From: Thainema sp.
Lineage (GTDB): Bacteria > Cyanobacteriota > Cyanobacteriia > Phormidesmidales > Phormidesmidaceae
Reading direction: 5' to 3'
Length of the DNA: 64,000 nt
NCBI GenBank assembly: GCA_052168235.1
Contig: JBQLZK010000032.1
Coordinates: 1 to 64,000 of the forward strand
Within the stretch, counting starts at the first letter, position 1. Every line of letters begins with the position of its first letter. This document shows, piece after piece, positions 12,058 through 26,316 of this stretch. The translations under genes were made by a program, and so were the position numbers. Under the pieces are notes generated by a model. It was given only the letters and a program-made list of their open reading frames with translations, did not search any database and was not told where the DNA came from.

Positions 12058-12381
12058 ATGCCTGCAGACTACATTCAAAACGAAGCTGAATTCGACAACC
12101 TTCTGAGCACAGAACCATTTTTGGTCGTAGACTGCACCGCTTCTTGGTGTGGCCCATGCAAGCTGGTTGCGCCGCTGATCGATAAACTTGCAGACGAATA
12201 TAGCGATCGCGCCAAGGTTTTCAAGTTAGATCTAGATTCCAATCAGGCAGTCGCTAAGCGATACGGAATTCGCAGCATTCCGGCTGTGATGATTTTCAAT
12301 CAGGGCGAAGTGGTTGAAACAATTGTCGGCGCGAAGAAGTATGAAGAGTACAGCGCCACCCTTGATCAGCATCTAAACTAG
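12058..12381 (+). CDS. Thioredoxin
   Basis: WCGPC active site, RSIP motif. Confidence 0.95.
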   Translation: MPADYIQNEAEFDNLLSTEPFLVVDCTASWCGPCKLVAPLIDKLADEYSDRAKVFKLDLDSNQAVAKRYGIRSIPAVMIFNQGEVVETIVGAKKYEEYSATLDQHLN

Positions 12382-12393
12382 TGGTCAGGTTCA

Positions 12394-12432
12394 AAAAGAG
12401 AGGCAGTCCTGCGTTGCACGACTGCCTCTCTT
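12394..12432. terminator. Hairpin between convergent thioredoxin and GST genes (part of a family-B-like repeat)
   Basis: AAGAGAGGCAGTC-N11-GACTGCCTCTCTT. Confidence 0.5.
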
Positions 12433-12467
12433 CGTAATGAACCATCGGGTTTTGACCGGACTTTGTA

Positions 12468-13441
12468 TTATTTCGCAAAGTTAGCCGGATCTTGATCGCG
12501 GCGATGGCGAACGGGAATGGGGAAACTCTGTCGATCTCCCGCTAGAGATGCCGTTTTTTCTAAGGCTTCTCGCAGCCGCTTGGCCGCATAGATCGACATA
12601 TCGCGCGGAACATTAATGCGATCGCGCAAGTACCGCAGCCCAATATCCGATTCCGGCGACGGCGTACAAACATCGCCCGTCATCATGTAGGTCAACGCAC
12701 AGCGCAGCGCCTCGTCAAAGACCTGATCATCTACTGGATTAACGCGGGTAATGTTTGCGCGATGCTTGATCACCCGCTGGAGCGCTTCTGCCCGTGAGGT
12801 TTCCGGTTCTGGATAAGTTACATCGGGTAGACCCAACCAAGGGCCATGATCGACCTGAGCTTGATTCGCTTTAGTTTGTGGATCGTTATTTGCGTAACAA
12901 CCGCCCATCTGCGGCGGCAAATCGTGGGCATGGGTATGAAAGTCGCTCTGAGTACCGCGATAGGTGGAGCGGCTTTCCATCGCGTCAAACCAAGCTGAGA
13001 AACGCGGGTTCTCCTCCCGCAGTGAGTAGCCTTTGTAGTAGTAAAGGCTGGCGTTCATGCGCTCCACGTAGGGTGTGAACACTATATCCACAACGCTGAA
13101 ATCCTCTAGGAAATAGGCTCCAGGAGTACTAGCTAGTGCTGCTTCCACTTGGGCAACAACGCTGGTGAACTGTTCCCGGCTGCGCTGTTCCTCCTTGGCG
13201 GAGCGACTTGGATAGCAAAGCCACATGCACCAGGCCCGAAAAATTCCTCTAGCCACAGCCAAACCTTTTGGCAGTAGGGACACCAAGCATGATTATCGCG
13301 ATACAGCGTCACTCGCACGTCGGCTTCAGAATGGCCAAACAGGCGCAGTCGCGCTTGAGCATTGGTTGGCCCATTGACAGTGTCGATCTGGAAATCAGTC
13401 AGGGCTTCTAGTTCTGTCCAACTGAGAGGAGCAGTAGTCAT
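12468..13441 (-). pseudogene. Glutathione S-transferase family protein, frameshifted with probable internal deletion
   Basis: N-terminal part (ATG 13441; [14 protein letters not shown]) and C-terminal part (FRAWCMWLC...[11 protein letters not shown]) are in different frames and join near 13245. Confidence 0.8.
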
Positions 13442-13517
13442 AGCGTTATGGCTTCTAAGCAAGAATGTTAGGTCGCTATCGTCTAATGTAAAACAAAGTT
13501 TACATTTCTCACACCTT

Positions 13518-13620
13518 ACACGAAGTCCGATGAAAACTCGATGGTTCATTTTTGTGAAAGGCTGGCTGGGCCAGCCTTTCACAAAAATCAATTGGGCTCT
13601 CATACAGGGACTTAACCTTA
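13518..13620. mobile_element. Family-B-like MITE variant
   Basis: Ends resemble family B; internal hairpin TGTGAAAGGCTGGC-TGG-GCCAGCCTTTCACA. Confidence 0.6.
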
Positions 13621-13697
13621 CGAATCCATCCCAAACGAGAGCGTCTGCTGCGGTGCGGCAGACGCTCTCGTTTGGGATGGATTCAGACAACGACGCG

Positions 13698-15191
13698 CTA
13701 TCGACTATAAGTTTTGGTACAGTCCAGCAACCGTTGTGCTAATTCCTCACTGAGCTGGTCAGAACTCGTGTAGCGCCAGCGCCAGTTACCTGCGGGCGTA
13801 CTGGGGTCGTTCATGCGGCCTTCGTGGCCGAGGCCCATCACGTCCTGTAGCTGCACAACGGCTAGATCGGCAATCGACGCATAGGCTAGTCGCAGCAGTG
13901 CCCAGTTGATTTCCTGAATTTGGTTAGGAGAGTCAAAACCGAGATAACGAGCGACAGACTGCTTCACCTGATCGCTGGCATCCTGCTCCCACCAGCCAAT
14001 GGCCGTATCGTTGTCATGGGTACCGACGTAGACGACGCAGTTGCGGACAAAATTATGGGGCAAATAGGGATTTTTATCGTCCTCTCCAAAGGCAAACAGA
14101 AGAATTTTCATGCCGGGGAATTCGAAATTGTCGCGCAGCGCTTCCACTTCCGGCGTTATAATGCCCAAGTCTTCGGCCAGGACAGGTAGACTGCCAAGCC
14201 GCTCTCCTAAGGTTTCGAAAAAGGCATATCCTGGTGCTTCAATCCACTCGCCATTCATCGCTGTTTCTTCCCCAGCAGGCACCTGCCAGTAAGCTTCGAA
14301 GGCGCGGAAGTGGTCAATCCGGACGATATCAACGTATTCCAGGGTGGCTTTGAAGCGCTTCACCCACCAGTCAAAATTAGTGTTCTTCAGGTAGTCCCAG
14401 TCGTAAACGGGATTACCCCAGAGCTGTCCAGTGGCGCTGAAGTAGTCTGGCGGAACGCCTGCGATGTAGAGCGGCTGGAGTGTTTCCGGGTCGAGCTTGA
14501 AGCATTTTGGATCGGCCCAAACGTCAGCGCTGTTGTAGCACACATAGATGGACACATCGCCGACAATTTGAATGCCGCGCTCGTTGGCGTAAGCTCGTAA
14601 CCGCTTCCACTGCTCAAAGAACTTGAACTGCACAAAGCGGTGATACTGAATCTCATCCTTGAGCGTTTCGGCCTGCTCTTGGAGGGCGGCGGGTTCGCGA
14701 CGTGCGATCGCACTTTCCCACTGACTCCATTCTTTACCCTCATTGGCGTCTAGCAGCGCCATAAATAAGACGTAGTCCTCTAGCCAAGCAGCCTGTTCTT
14801 GGCAGAACTGTTCAAAGGCATCGTCGGGTTTGAATCGCTGATAGGCTTGCCGGAGATACTGGGTTTTGTGGGGAATGACTCGGTCGAAATCAACGCGGGT
14901 CGGATTAGTATCCGTGATCGGTTCGAGCTGATCGGCATCTAGCAAACCTTCTTCTGCCAACTGCTCCAGGCTGACCATCAGCGGATTGCCCGCGAAGGCG
15001 CTGAAGTTCATCGTGTAGGGGGAATGCTCGTAACCCGTTGGCCCCAGCGGTAGGATCTGCCAAATCCGCTGACCGCTGCGCTCCAGAAAATTAATAAATT
15101 CATAGGCTGACTGGCCTAAATCACCAATCCCAAACTGACTGGGTAAGCTAGTGGGGTGTAGGAGGATTCCGCTGGAGCGTTGGAAGGGCAT
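13698..15191 (-). CDS. malQ: 4-alpha-glucanotransferase (amylomaltase)
   Basis: [42 protein letters not shown]. Confidence 0.97.
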   Translation of the reverse strand: MPFQRSSGILLHPTSLPSQFGIGDLGQSAYEFINFLERSGQRIWQILPLGPTGYEHSPYTMNFSAFAGNPLMVSLEQLAEEGLLDADQLEPITDTNPTRVDFDRVIPHKTQYLRQAYQRFKPDDAFEQFCQEQAAWLEDYVLFMALLDANEGKEWSQWESAIARREPAALQEQAETLKDEIQYHRFVQFKFFEQWKRLRAYANERGIQIVGDVSIYVCYNSADVWADPKCFKLDPETLQPLYIAGVPPDYFSATGQLWGNPVYDWDYLKNTNFDWWVKRFKATLEYVDIVRIDHFRAFEAYWQVPAGEETAMNGEWIEAPGYAFFETLGERLGSLPVLAEDLGIITPEVEALRDNFEFPGMKILLFAFGEDDKNPYLPHNFVRNCVVYVGTHDNDTAIGWWEQDASDQVKQSVARYLGFDSPNQIQEINWALLRLAYASIADLAVVQLQDVMGLGHEGRMNDPSTPAGNWRWRYTSSDQLSEELAQRLLDCTKTYSR

Positions 15192-15548
15192 ACAAAATTT
15201 GAGTTAATTGGCTACCACAAATTAACGTTAGATCACGATTTCAGGCATGAATCGCAGGATAGATTTAAGGTGCAGTAGGTGAAATAGATGCGGTAGGTGC
15301 AATAGGTGCGATCGCATCTATCGCAGCTCACTGGCTAACAATCGCAAGCTGTTGTATAGAAGATTACTAGCAAGATTACTGATTAAAGATTTATCAAGGC
15401 TTCCTAACCTGCCTCACACTTTAGCTTACGCTTTAGTCACAAGTAATACAGTGAAATCACTGAATTTGCTCCTATAAATCTCTATAGGTTGTGTGTGCTG
15501 CGTGTACTGCGCTTTAACTCCCGTAATTACACGCAGAACTTCTTCTTA

Positions 15549-15647
15549 TATCAAGTCTGGTTAAAAAAACATCATTCATTTTTGTGAAACGCTTGCAGAG
15601 CAAGCGTTTCACAAAAATGAATTGGGTTCTTACACACAGACTTGATA
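15549..15647. mobile_element. ~99-bp MITE (family B)
   Basis: TATCAAGTCTG...CAGACTTGATA ends, central hairpin; further copies at ~39533, 41999, 59665, 61400, 62937, 63434. Confidence 0.8.
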
Positions 15648-15680
15648 TTAGTTTTCAATTACTTTGTAGGAGCGGACTCG

Positions 15681-17360
15681 GTGTTTAATCCTGTAAAATA
15701 TGCCGCTGTTGCGGCGGCGGTCTCAGTAGTTTCACTTCCCAAAGCCTCTTTAGCGGCGACATTCAGTTTAATTGATGCTTCCGTTTCAGATATCAATCGC
15801 GCCTTTAACGCAGGTGCTCTGACCTCAGAAAGCCTAACTCAGCTCTATCTCAACCGGATTGACGCCTATGAAGGGCAGCTCAACAATTTCATCAGCATCA
15901 ATCCCGATGCCTTAGAAACAGCCAAGCTACTGGATCTAGAGCGGCAAACCTCCGGGCCACGCAGTATCCTACACGGCATTCCCGTTGTCCTGAAAGATAA
16001 TATTGACACCTTTGATCTGCCCACAACAGCCGGGTCAGTGGCTTTAGAAGGCTCGATTCCGCCAGATGATGCGTTCATCACGGCTAAGTTGCGCGATGCT
16101 GGAGCCATCATTCTGGGCAAAGCCAGTCTGACTGAATTTGCCAACTTCCTTACGTCAGGTATGCCAGGCGGCTATAGCTCCCTCAATGGCTATACCTTTA
16201 ACCCATACAATCCGTTTCCGCTTGAGGGCGGAGATGGTAGACCTGCGCTGTCGCCTGGCGGATCGAGTGCAGGATCGGGAGCTTTAATAGCCGCAAACTT
16301 GGCCCCGCTTTCGATTGGTACTGAAACCTCCGGATCGATCTTGAGTCCGGCCAACCAAAATTCGGTTGTTGGCATTAAGCCAACCGTCGGTCTGATTAGC
16401 CGCGACGGGATTATTCCAATCGCCGCCAGTCAAGATACGGCTGGCCCCTTCGGTAAGACGGTTGCTGATGCGGCAGCCCTATTGGGCTTCTTGACGGGAG
16501 TTGATCCCAGCGATCCGGCAACAGCAGCAAGCGAGGGCAAGTTTTTTACTGACTACACCCAATTTTTAGATAAAGATGCGCTAGCAGGCGCTCGGATTGG
16601 GGTGCCCCAGGCACAGTACTGGGAGGGTCTGGACGCCGATCAGATCGCTATTGTCGAAGATGCGATCGCAACCATTCAGTCTCTCGGTGCAGAGATCATC
16701 TACGAAGATATTCCTAATCTGGAAGATGTCAATGCCCTCAGCTCTGACGTACTGTTTTACGAGTTCAAGCGTGACCTAAACGCCTATCTTGAAAGCCTGG
16801 GGCCAGATGCTCCGGTTAAGAGTTTAGCCGACGTAATCGCCTTCAATGAGGCCAATGCAGACGTGGCGCTGAAGTATGGTCAAACTCGTGCAGCCCTGGC
16901 TGAGGAAAATGATCTGTCCCCCTTCAGCGAAGACACACTGGCCTACTTGGAAGCTCGGGCAGCAGATCTACGGGTTGCCAAAGAGGAAGGCATCGACACC
17001 TACATTGAAACATTTGACCTAGATGCAATTCTGTTTCCAGCCACCCGAGGCGCAGGCATTGCCGCTAAAGCTGGCTACCCCAGCGTTTTGGTACCAGCTG
17101 GCTACTTAGAATCAGGCGCACCCTACGGTGTCACCTTCTCAGGACTGGCGTTTAGCGAACCTGACCTGATTGGCTTTGCCTATGCCTACGAGCAAGCATC
17201 TCAAAAGCGAGTGGCACCGAGTCTATTTCCAGCCCTCGCCGGAGAAGAGTTTGAGTACAAGGCTGTGCCTGAACCTGGCACGCTGCCTGCTGTCGTTGCT
17301 CTGGGTGGTGCCCTGCTGGGATATCGGCTGATCAAGCGGCGGTCTACTGTTCAGGTCTAA
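15681..17360 (+). CDS. Amidase-signature family protein with signal peptide and PEP-CTERM sorting tail
   Basis: KDN, GGSSAGS, ETSGSI (Ser-cisSer-Lys triad); VPEPG + TM helix + KRR; GTG start after AGGAG. Confidence 0.9.
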   Translation: MFNPVKYAAVAAAVSVVSLPKASLAATFSLIDASVSDINRAFNAGALTSESLTQLYLNRIDAYEGQLNNFISINPDALETAKLLDLERQTSGPRSILHGIPVVLKDNIDTFDLPTTAGSVALEGSIPPDDAFITAKLRDAGAIILGKASLTEFANFLTSGMPGGYSSLNGYTFNPYNPFPLEGGDGRPALSPGGSSAGSGALIAANLAPLSIGTETSGSILSPANQNSVVGIKPTVGLISRDGIIPIAASQDTAGPFGKTVADAAALLGFLTGVDPSDPATAASEGKFFTDYTQFLDKDALAGARIGVPQAQYWEGLDADQIAIVEDAIATIQSLGAEIIYEDIPNLEDVNALSSDVLFYEFKRDLNAYLESLGPDAPVKSLADVIAFNEANADVALKYGQTRAALAEENDLSPFSEDTLAYLEARAADLRVAKEEGIDTYIETFDLDAILFPATRGAGIAAKAGYPSVLVPAGYLESGAPYGVTFSGLAFSEPDLIGFAYAYEQASQKRVAPSLFPALAGEEFEYKAVPEPGTLPAVVALGGALLGYRLIKRRSTVQV

Positions 17361-17682
17361 CAGCTATTTGAGTGAAAGCCTTTGTCCAGTGAGTGTTTCG
17401 CGTAGTCGATGGCTTCGCCTAGAAAAAGGGGGGAATTGACTCAAAGTTCCCCCTTTTCAAGGGGGATTTAGCAGGGTGGTTTCATTTTGCCAAAATAAAT
17501 TCTAGAGTCGCCATTTCACGTATCTGGTAGGGGCGAATGGCCATTCGCCCTTACGCAACGTTTATGGTTCTAAATTATTCTCTGCCTAGGGGAATCTTAA
17601 CGGTAAACGGAGTCTAGAGACTTGTGCATATATTGCTCCCACAGGAGAAGGGGAGCCGGATCGAAAGTCCCTCTCCTGCGGG

Positions 17683-17847
17683 CTACTGTTTATACATAAG
17701 TCTCCTAGACTTCGTTTCGGCGTTGAGATCCCCCCTAGCCCCCCTTAAAAAGGGGGGAACTGGCTCAAAGTTCCCCCTTTTTAAGGGGGATTTAGGGGGA
17801 TCAGTCCGGGATTTAGAAGGACTATTTAGGATGTGTATAAGCAGTAG
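17683..17847. mobile_element. 165-bp MITE (family C) with 10-bp target duplication
   Basis: TIR CTACTGTTTATACA / TGTATAAGCAGTAG; flanks CTCCTGCGGG / CTCCTACGGG. Confidence 0.85.
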
Positions 17848-17884
17848 CTCCTACGGGAGAGGGATTTAGGGTGAGGGCAAGCTA

Positions 17885-19642
17885 TTAAACGATTACTCGG
17901 TGTCTGCTTGCACAGCGGGAACGCCGTTTCAGGAGTCTGTATCCCAGTAAAGCGCCACCCATACTGACCAGAACCACTTCAAAACCGGGTTCTGAAACGG
18001 GTGTATACTCAAACTCTTCGCCTGCCAAAGCTGGCGTTAGGGTTGGAGCTTTACGGTACTTCGTTGCCTGCTCAAATGAGTAGGCCAATCCTAATAGAGT
18101 GGATTCACTGAACGGGCGGCCTGTGAGGGACAAGGTAACTGGCAAGCCCTGAGAGCCAAATCCGGCTGGAACAGTGACATCCGGCAGTCCAGTCGAACTA
18201 GCAAACAGCGCTTGCCGAGATGGCGGATTACCCGGCGGATCGACAAAGGTTGGATCGCTAATTCCAATTGCCGGACGGGCAAAGGTATCGACTGTCGGGA
18301 AAAGAAACGCATCCAGATTGAGCGAATCGAGCCGACCAATCAATGTGTCTCTGAGGAAGGGCGCAATCACTTCAGCCACTTCCTGATAATCGGCTACTTC
18401 TGATTCTCCCTCTTCAACCGAGGAGCTTAATGTGCCGATGATTCTAGAGGGCGTTGCAGAATTGGCAACTTCTGGAGACTCCAAAATGGCAATGATTTCT
18501 TCTAACGTCTTGGGATATTTAGGATCTAAGGTCGCCAAATATTCTTCCAGGTAGATCTCCTGCTCAACATCAATTGCAGTACCGTATACCCCGCTTAAGG
18601 TTGACAAGAAAGCGTCTTCAAATGACGTTTCAACAATCTCGGCTCCTAAGCCTTTCATCACCTGGATCGCGTTTTCTACCAGAGCGGTAACTTCTGGATC
18701 GACCCCGTTTTCTTCACCCAGATAGTTGGTGACTAAACCCAAGCGAGCCCCCTTCAACGCATCCTTATCGAGGAACTGGGTGTAGTCATCGTAAAACTTA
18801 TCTAGCTCAATCGGTGGAGCCTCAATCGGCGTTTTGATGCCTGGGTTATTCGGATCAAACTCTGCCATTACACTCAGTGCGATCGCAGCATCTTCGACCG
18901 AGCGAGCCATCGGGCCGATCATGTCTCTAGACAACACGAACGGAATAATGCCGTCCAAACTCAGCAGTCCCCGCGTTGGCCGGACACACACCAACCCTTG
19001 GAACGAACAGGGTGTTCGAATGGAACCACCTGTATCGCTACCTGTACCAAAGGTGGCAAAATTGGCTGCGATCGCAGCTCCTGTACCGCCGCTTGAACCA
19101 CCGGACTGCCGCAGCAAATTGTATGGATTAAAGGTTTGCCCGCCAAGGGAACTGTAGCCTGAGCCAGAAATGGCAAATTCGTCCATCTCGGCTTTGCCAA
19201 AAATAATAGCTCCAGCATCGCGGAGTAAATCCACAACAAAGGCATCATCTGGCGGAATCGAACCTACTAATGCATCTGAACCTCCCGTTGTTGGGATGTC
19301 AAAAGTGTCGTGATTGTCCTTGAACAGAATCGGAATGCCATGCAGTGGACTGCGAGGGCCGCTCGTTTGACGCTCCAAATCGAGGGCTTTAGCAATGTCT
19401 AAAACATTCGAATTCGTGGCAATAACCGAATTAATGGCTGGGCCAGTATCATCATAGGCGGCAATCCGATCCAGGTACAATCCCACCAATTTTTCTGATG
19501 TTAAAGCACCTGAGTTGAAGGCTTTATTGATATCGCGAATGGTGGCATCCTGCAAGCTAAACGTTGCTGCGATCGCAGATTCTGCTGTAACAATAGCCAG
19601 CGATGCACATGCCGCTGCAAAACTCGCAACAGTTTTGAACAT
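17885..19642 (-). CDS. Amidase-signature family protein with signal peptide and degenerate PEP-CTERM (VSEPG)
   Basis: KDN, GGSSGGT, DTGGSIR; C-terminal VSEPG + TM + KRR. Confidence 0.9.
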   Translation of the reverse strand: MFKTVASFAAACASLAIVTAESAIAATFSLQDATIRDINKAFNSGALTSEKLVGLYLDRIAAYDDTGPAINSVIATNSNVLDIAKALDLERQTSGPRSPLHGIPILFKDNHDTFDIPTTGGSDALVGSIPPDDAFVVDLLRDAGAIIFGKAEMDEFAISGSGYSSLGGQTFNPYNLLRQSGGSSGGTGAAIAANFATFGTGSDTGGSIRTPCSFQGLVCVRPTRGLLSLDGIIPFVLSRDMIGPMARSVEDAAIALSVMAEFDPNNPGIKTPIEAPPIELDKFYDDYTQFLDKDALKGARLGLVTNYLGEENGVDPEVTALVENAIQVMKGLGAEIVETSFEDAFLSTLSGVYGTAIDVEQEIYLEEYLATLDPKYPKTLEEIIAILESPEVANSATPSRIIGTLSSSVEEGESEVADYQEVAEVIAPFLRDTLIGRLDSLNLDAFLFPTVDTFARPAIGISDPTFVDPPGNPPSRQALFASSTGLPDVTVPAGFGSQGLPVTLSLTGRPFSESTLLGLAYSFEQATKYRKAPTLTPALAGEEFEYTPVSEPGFEVVLVSMGGALLGYRLLKRRSRCASRHRVIV

Positions 19643-20210
19643 AATAGGAACTCTTCAGTGAATTGAACAACAGGGAGCAGCTTTTAAAGCAAAAGAAAAC
19701 AGCAAACTTTTCGTATTTTTAAAAGCAATCAACCCACAATATTTTTCAGATTCAATTGTCTCAATAATTTCCGCAAAAAACCGTTCAAACTGAACAATAA
19801 AAATCGAGTCAGGGAGAGAATATTCGAAACTTTAATATGAGAAATTTACTGCAAAAATAATTGTAAATATTGGATTTAGCACTACACCTATAAGGTAGAT
19901 AACAGTGCTTTAAGGATTATGAAGCAATTAGCCTACAAGTCGTTTCACCTGTAGGAACACGGCAATGCCGTGTCCCTACAGCAAGAATTTCAACTGATTA
20001 AATTTGCGTTCCTAAGTATCGCTTTGTTTGTCAGATATGGCAACGCAATTTTTTGAAATAAGAACAAGTTAACAGCACAAAACTGCAACTGCTTTTAAGG
20101 AAATTTATTTTAGTGGGTTGGATTGAATAACGCCAAACCCAATCCCAAACGAGTTCTTTTTTGTCAGCAAGCTAGATGGCAGGACTTCATCACTGGTAAT
20201 AACTAAATAC

Positions 20211-21857
20211 CTAAACCTGGCTAGATTTTCTTCTGCTTACAACTAATGCTCCGCCGACAACCATTACTAAGGCCGCAGTTGCACCAGGCTCAGGAATTTT
20301 TTCACCTGGTAGTGGAGGGGTAGTGCTGGGTGGACGACGAAAGCCTGTACCTTGTTCAAAAGCGTATGTAAGCTTGAGCAACGTTGGCTCATCATAGGCT
20401 CTGCCCAAAAACTCTAAGCCAACGGGTAAGCCATCCTCTGTAAAACCAGCCGGGACCGTAATTGCAGGAAAACCAGAGAATGGGCTCAAGCGATTACCCG
20501 CACCAGCCGCCAAGCCCTCGCCTAGAATATTCGGTGGGCTTGCCACCGAGGGATAGATCAGCGCATCTAATCCCATCAGTGCCTCCAACAGAGAGGTTTG
20601 TGTGAGAAGGGGACGCTCAGTGATGATGCGAATATACTCTGGGTCATCTTCTGGTGCAGGCCGCTCATTCCGGGAGATATAGGATCCTTCAAAGTCTTCC
20701 AGATAGAGCCCACTGTCAATGATGTCTCCTAATGATTTGACTCCAGACGGTGGGGTAGGACGCTCCGCCAGATAGTTGTTCAGATCCCGCTTGAACTCGA
20801 AGGAACTGAGACTAGGGAACGACAGTATTTCGCTAAGGTTGGGAATGGTAACGTCTTTCACCTCTGCGCCCAAGGCACTGAGGGCGTTGATCGCGTTGTT
20901 AATCACCGCTGTTGTCTTGGCACTCTCAGGATTTGAGTCGAGGCCGAATAAATCGCGCACGACGCCAATCTTGGCCCCCTGTAGCCCATTTAGATCGAGA
21001 AAGGTCGTATAGTCATCAGGAGTCTTACCGATACTGCCCGCAGTCGCTGGATCGTCTGGATCAAAGCCCACAGTTGCGTTGAGGGCTAAAGCTGCGTCCG
21101 TCACAGTGCGGGTCATGGGGCCACCCACATCTTGACTCAGCGCCAGAGGAATAATGCCGGAACGACTGGAGAGGCCAATGGTCGGACGAATACCAACTAG
21201 GCTGTTAAACGACGAAGGTACCCGAATTGAGCCACCCGTGTCAGTACCAAAGCCTAAAACACCAAAATTAGCTGCGATCGCAGCTCCCGTACCGCCACTA
21301 GAACCACCAGCATTCCGAATTGGGTCATAAGGATTGACCGTTGTCCCTCCCAGCGAGCTAGTGCTAGTAAACGAAAACGCAAATTCTGAAAGGTTGGCCT
21401 TGGCTAGAATGAGTGCCCCTGCTTCCCTCAGACCCGCCACCTGAAACGCATCTTCTCCGGTCAAAAAGCCTTCTAGGGCCAAAGCTCCGGCAGTTGTCGG
21501 CATATCGACCGTGTCATAGTTATCCTTCAGAATGACAGGGACACAGTGGAGTGAGCCGACTGGCCCAGACGCTGCATAGGCAGCATCAAGTTCAGCCGCA
21601 ATACCCAGTGCATTGGGGTTCGTCGCAATAATGGCATTAAGAGATGGGCCTTGATCGTCGTAAGCCTCAATCCGGTTGAGATAGAGCTGGGTGATATCGG
21701 TACAGGTCACTGCCCCAGAACTCAGCCCCTGCTGAATGCTCTCAACGGTTGCTTCGCTGAGGTCAAATTTCGCCGCCTTTGCCGCATCTACAGCACAAAA
21801 CAAGACTGTAGCCGACAAAGTTGTGCAAAAAGCAGCCGTTTTAGCAAAATTAGTCAT
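20211..21857 (-). CDS. Amidase-signature family protein with signal peptide and PEP-CTERM
   Basis: KDN, GGSSGGT, DTGGSIR; IPEPG + TM + RRK; likely ATG at 21857. Confidence 0.9.
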   Translation of the reverse strand: MTNFAKTAAFCTTLSATVLFCAVDAAKAAKFDLSEATVESIQQGLSSGAVTCTDITQLYLNRIEAYDDQGPSLNAIIATNPNALGIAAELDAAYAASGPVGSLHCVPVILKDNYDTVDMPTTAGALALEGFLTGEDAFQVAGLREAGALILAKANLSEFAFSFTSTSSLGGTTVNPYDPIRNAGGSSGGTGAAIAANFGVLGFGTDTGGSIRVPSSFNSLVGIRPTIGLSSRSGIIPLALSQDVGGPMTRTVTDAALALNATVGFDPDDPATAGSIGKTPDDYTTFLDLNGLQGAKIGVVRDLFGLDSNPESAKTTAVINNAINALSALGAEVKDVTIPNLSEILSFPSLSSFEFKRDLNNYLAERPTPPSGVKSLGDIIDSGLYLEDFEGSYISRNERPAPEDDPEYIRIITERPLLTQTSLLEALMGLDALIYPSVASPPNILGEGLAAGAGNRLSPFSGFPAITVPAGFTEDGLPVGLEFLGRAYDEPTLLKLTYAFEQGTGFRRPPSTTPPLPGEKIPEPGATAALVMVVGGALVVSRRKSSQV

Positions 21858-22292
21858 GGTAGATGAAGGGAACTCTGTAGTGAAATAACTCAGACAGCCA
21901 GCACATTGAGTGCTGCGCTCCCGAATATTACTGAGGCTTTCTGTGTCAAGTTTGTTTTTACTGATACAAGCTTCATCAACCCTTACAGATTCTTTGCAGA
22001 AAGATCGGTTTTTGTGAAGCTGCGATAAAGCCACGGCTAGATTAAGATTGCATCAAATTAGCATCACAATCCAAAACGTGATGCTGGTGACGAACAGCGA
22101 CAGCAGCAAAATCACTCTGCTGCTTTTTTGAGCGAGTATGTGAATCTACGTACTCGATAGAAACAAATAGGTCGGATAGCCCTTCGAGCGTAGCTACGCT
22201 AGCGCCTTACACACGAGCAACACATACAATCAACCGTTTTGGCCTTGCTCTAAAACAGGAAAACCTCTGCTTGATAAAGCAATCGGACAGAA

Positions 22293-22673
22293 TCAGTTAA
22301 ATAGCGTGTGTCTGATGCAGCGACCGATAGCTTTGCCATAGCGGCTGTCTTCTACTTCAAATGCCAGGTTATCAGCCAAAGCCGTCACCTTCAGATCCTG
22401 TCCCTCTCCAGTCTGCCCTAGCCACAGGCGCTCAGAGCTATCCTCTTCTTCACGACTAACGGTTACGATTTCAATGAGTGCCTCATAGCCAGATCCCCGA
22501 TAAATCTGGACACTAAATGTCGAGGCCATAACATCTAATTCGTCTACTTGATAAGACCGCAGCTCACCCGCTGCTTCACACTGCCAAACAATCGTTTCGT
22601 CAAACGTCATGGGAGTTCCAGCAACAACTAGAGAACTGAGCAATCCGAGCCAGAGAGAAATGAGCAGCATCAA
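22293..22673 (-). CDS. Hypothetical secreted protein
   Basis: Hydrophobic signal-like N-terminus, 126 aa. Confidence 0.55.
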   Translation of the reverse strand: MMLLISLWLGLLSSLVVAGTPMTFDETIVWQCEAAGELRSYQVDELDVMASTFSVQIYRGSGYEALIEIVTVSREEEDSSERLWLGQTGEGQDLKVTALADNLAFEVEDSRYGKAIGRCIRHTLFN

Positions 22674-22905
22674 TTTCGTCCTTATTTATATATTTATATC
22701 GGTAGCAGGAAGCCAATTTGATCAGAAACCATTAGTTTGGGAGGGTTGTTTTTGGATATAAGTCGCCTTCGTTGTGACCAGATGTGTTGTGACCAGATGC
22801 GATCGCATGTCAGCAGATTGTCATTGGATTGGCCATTTGAGCTAGCATAATGCCACCAGCAACAGCGCTCTTGAACCGAAACAAAGCTGCTTAGGAGAAA
22901 TAATA

Positions 22906-26316
<3,411 letters not shown>

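Noticed and set aside
13230..13260. Programmed ribosomal frameshift in the GST gene
   Set aside because: Essential GST N-domain sequence appears to be missing, so a frameshift alone would not restore the protein
13442..13690. N-terminal extensions of ORF-track calls (GST, amidases, nifX, nifZ, nifV)
   Set aside because: The extensions run through repeats or neighbouring genes; downstream starts fit RBS and family N-termini better
15436..15449. NtcA-like site upstream of the first amidase
   Set aside because: GTC-N8-TAC is imperfect and has no correctly spaced -10 box
17624..17869. 81-aa ORF (SPLAPLKKGG...), and similarly 30308-30724
   Set aside because: Translations of family C MITE and palindromic repeat DNA
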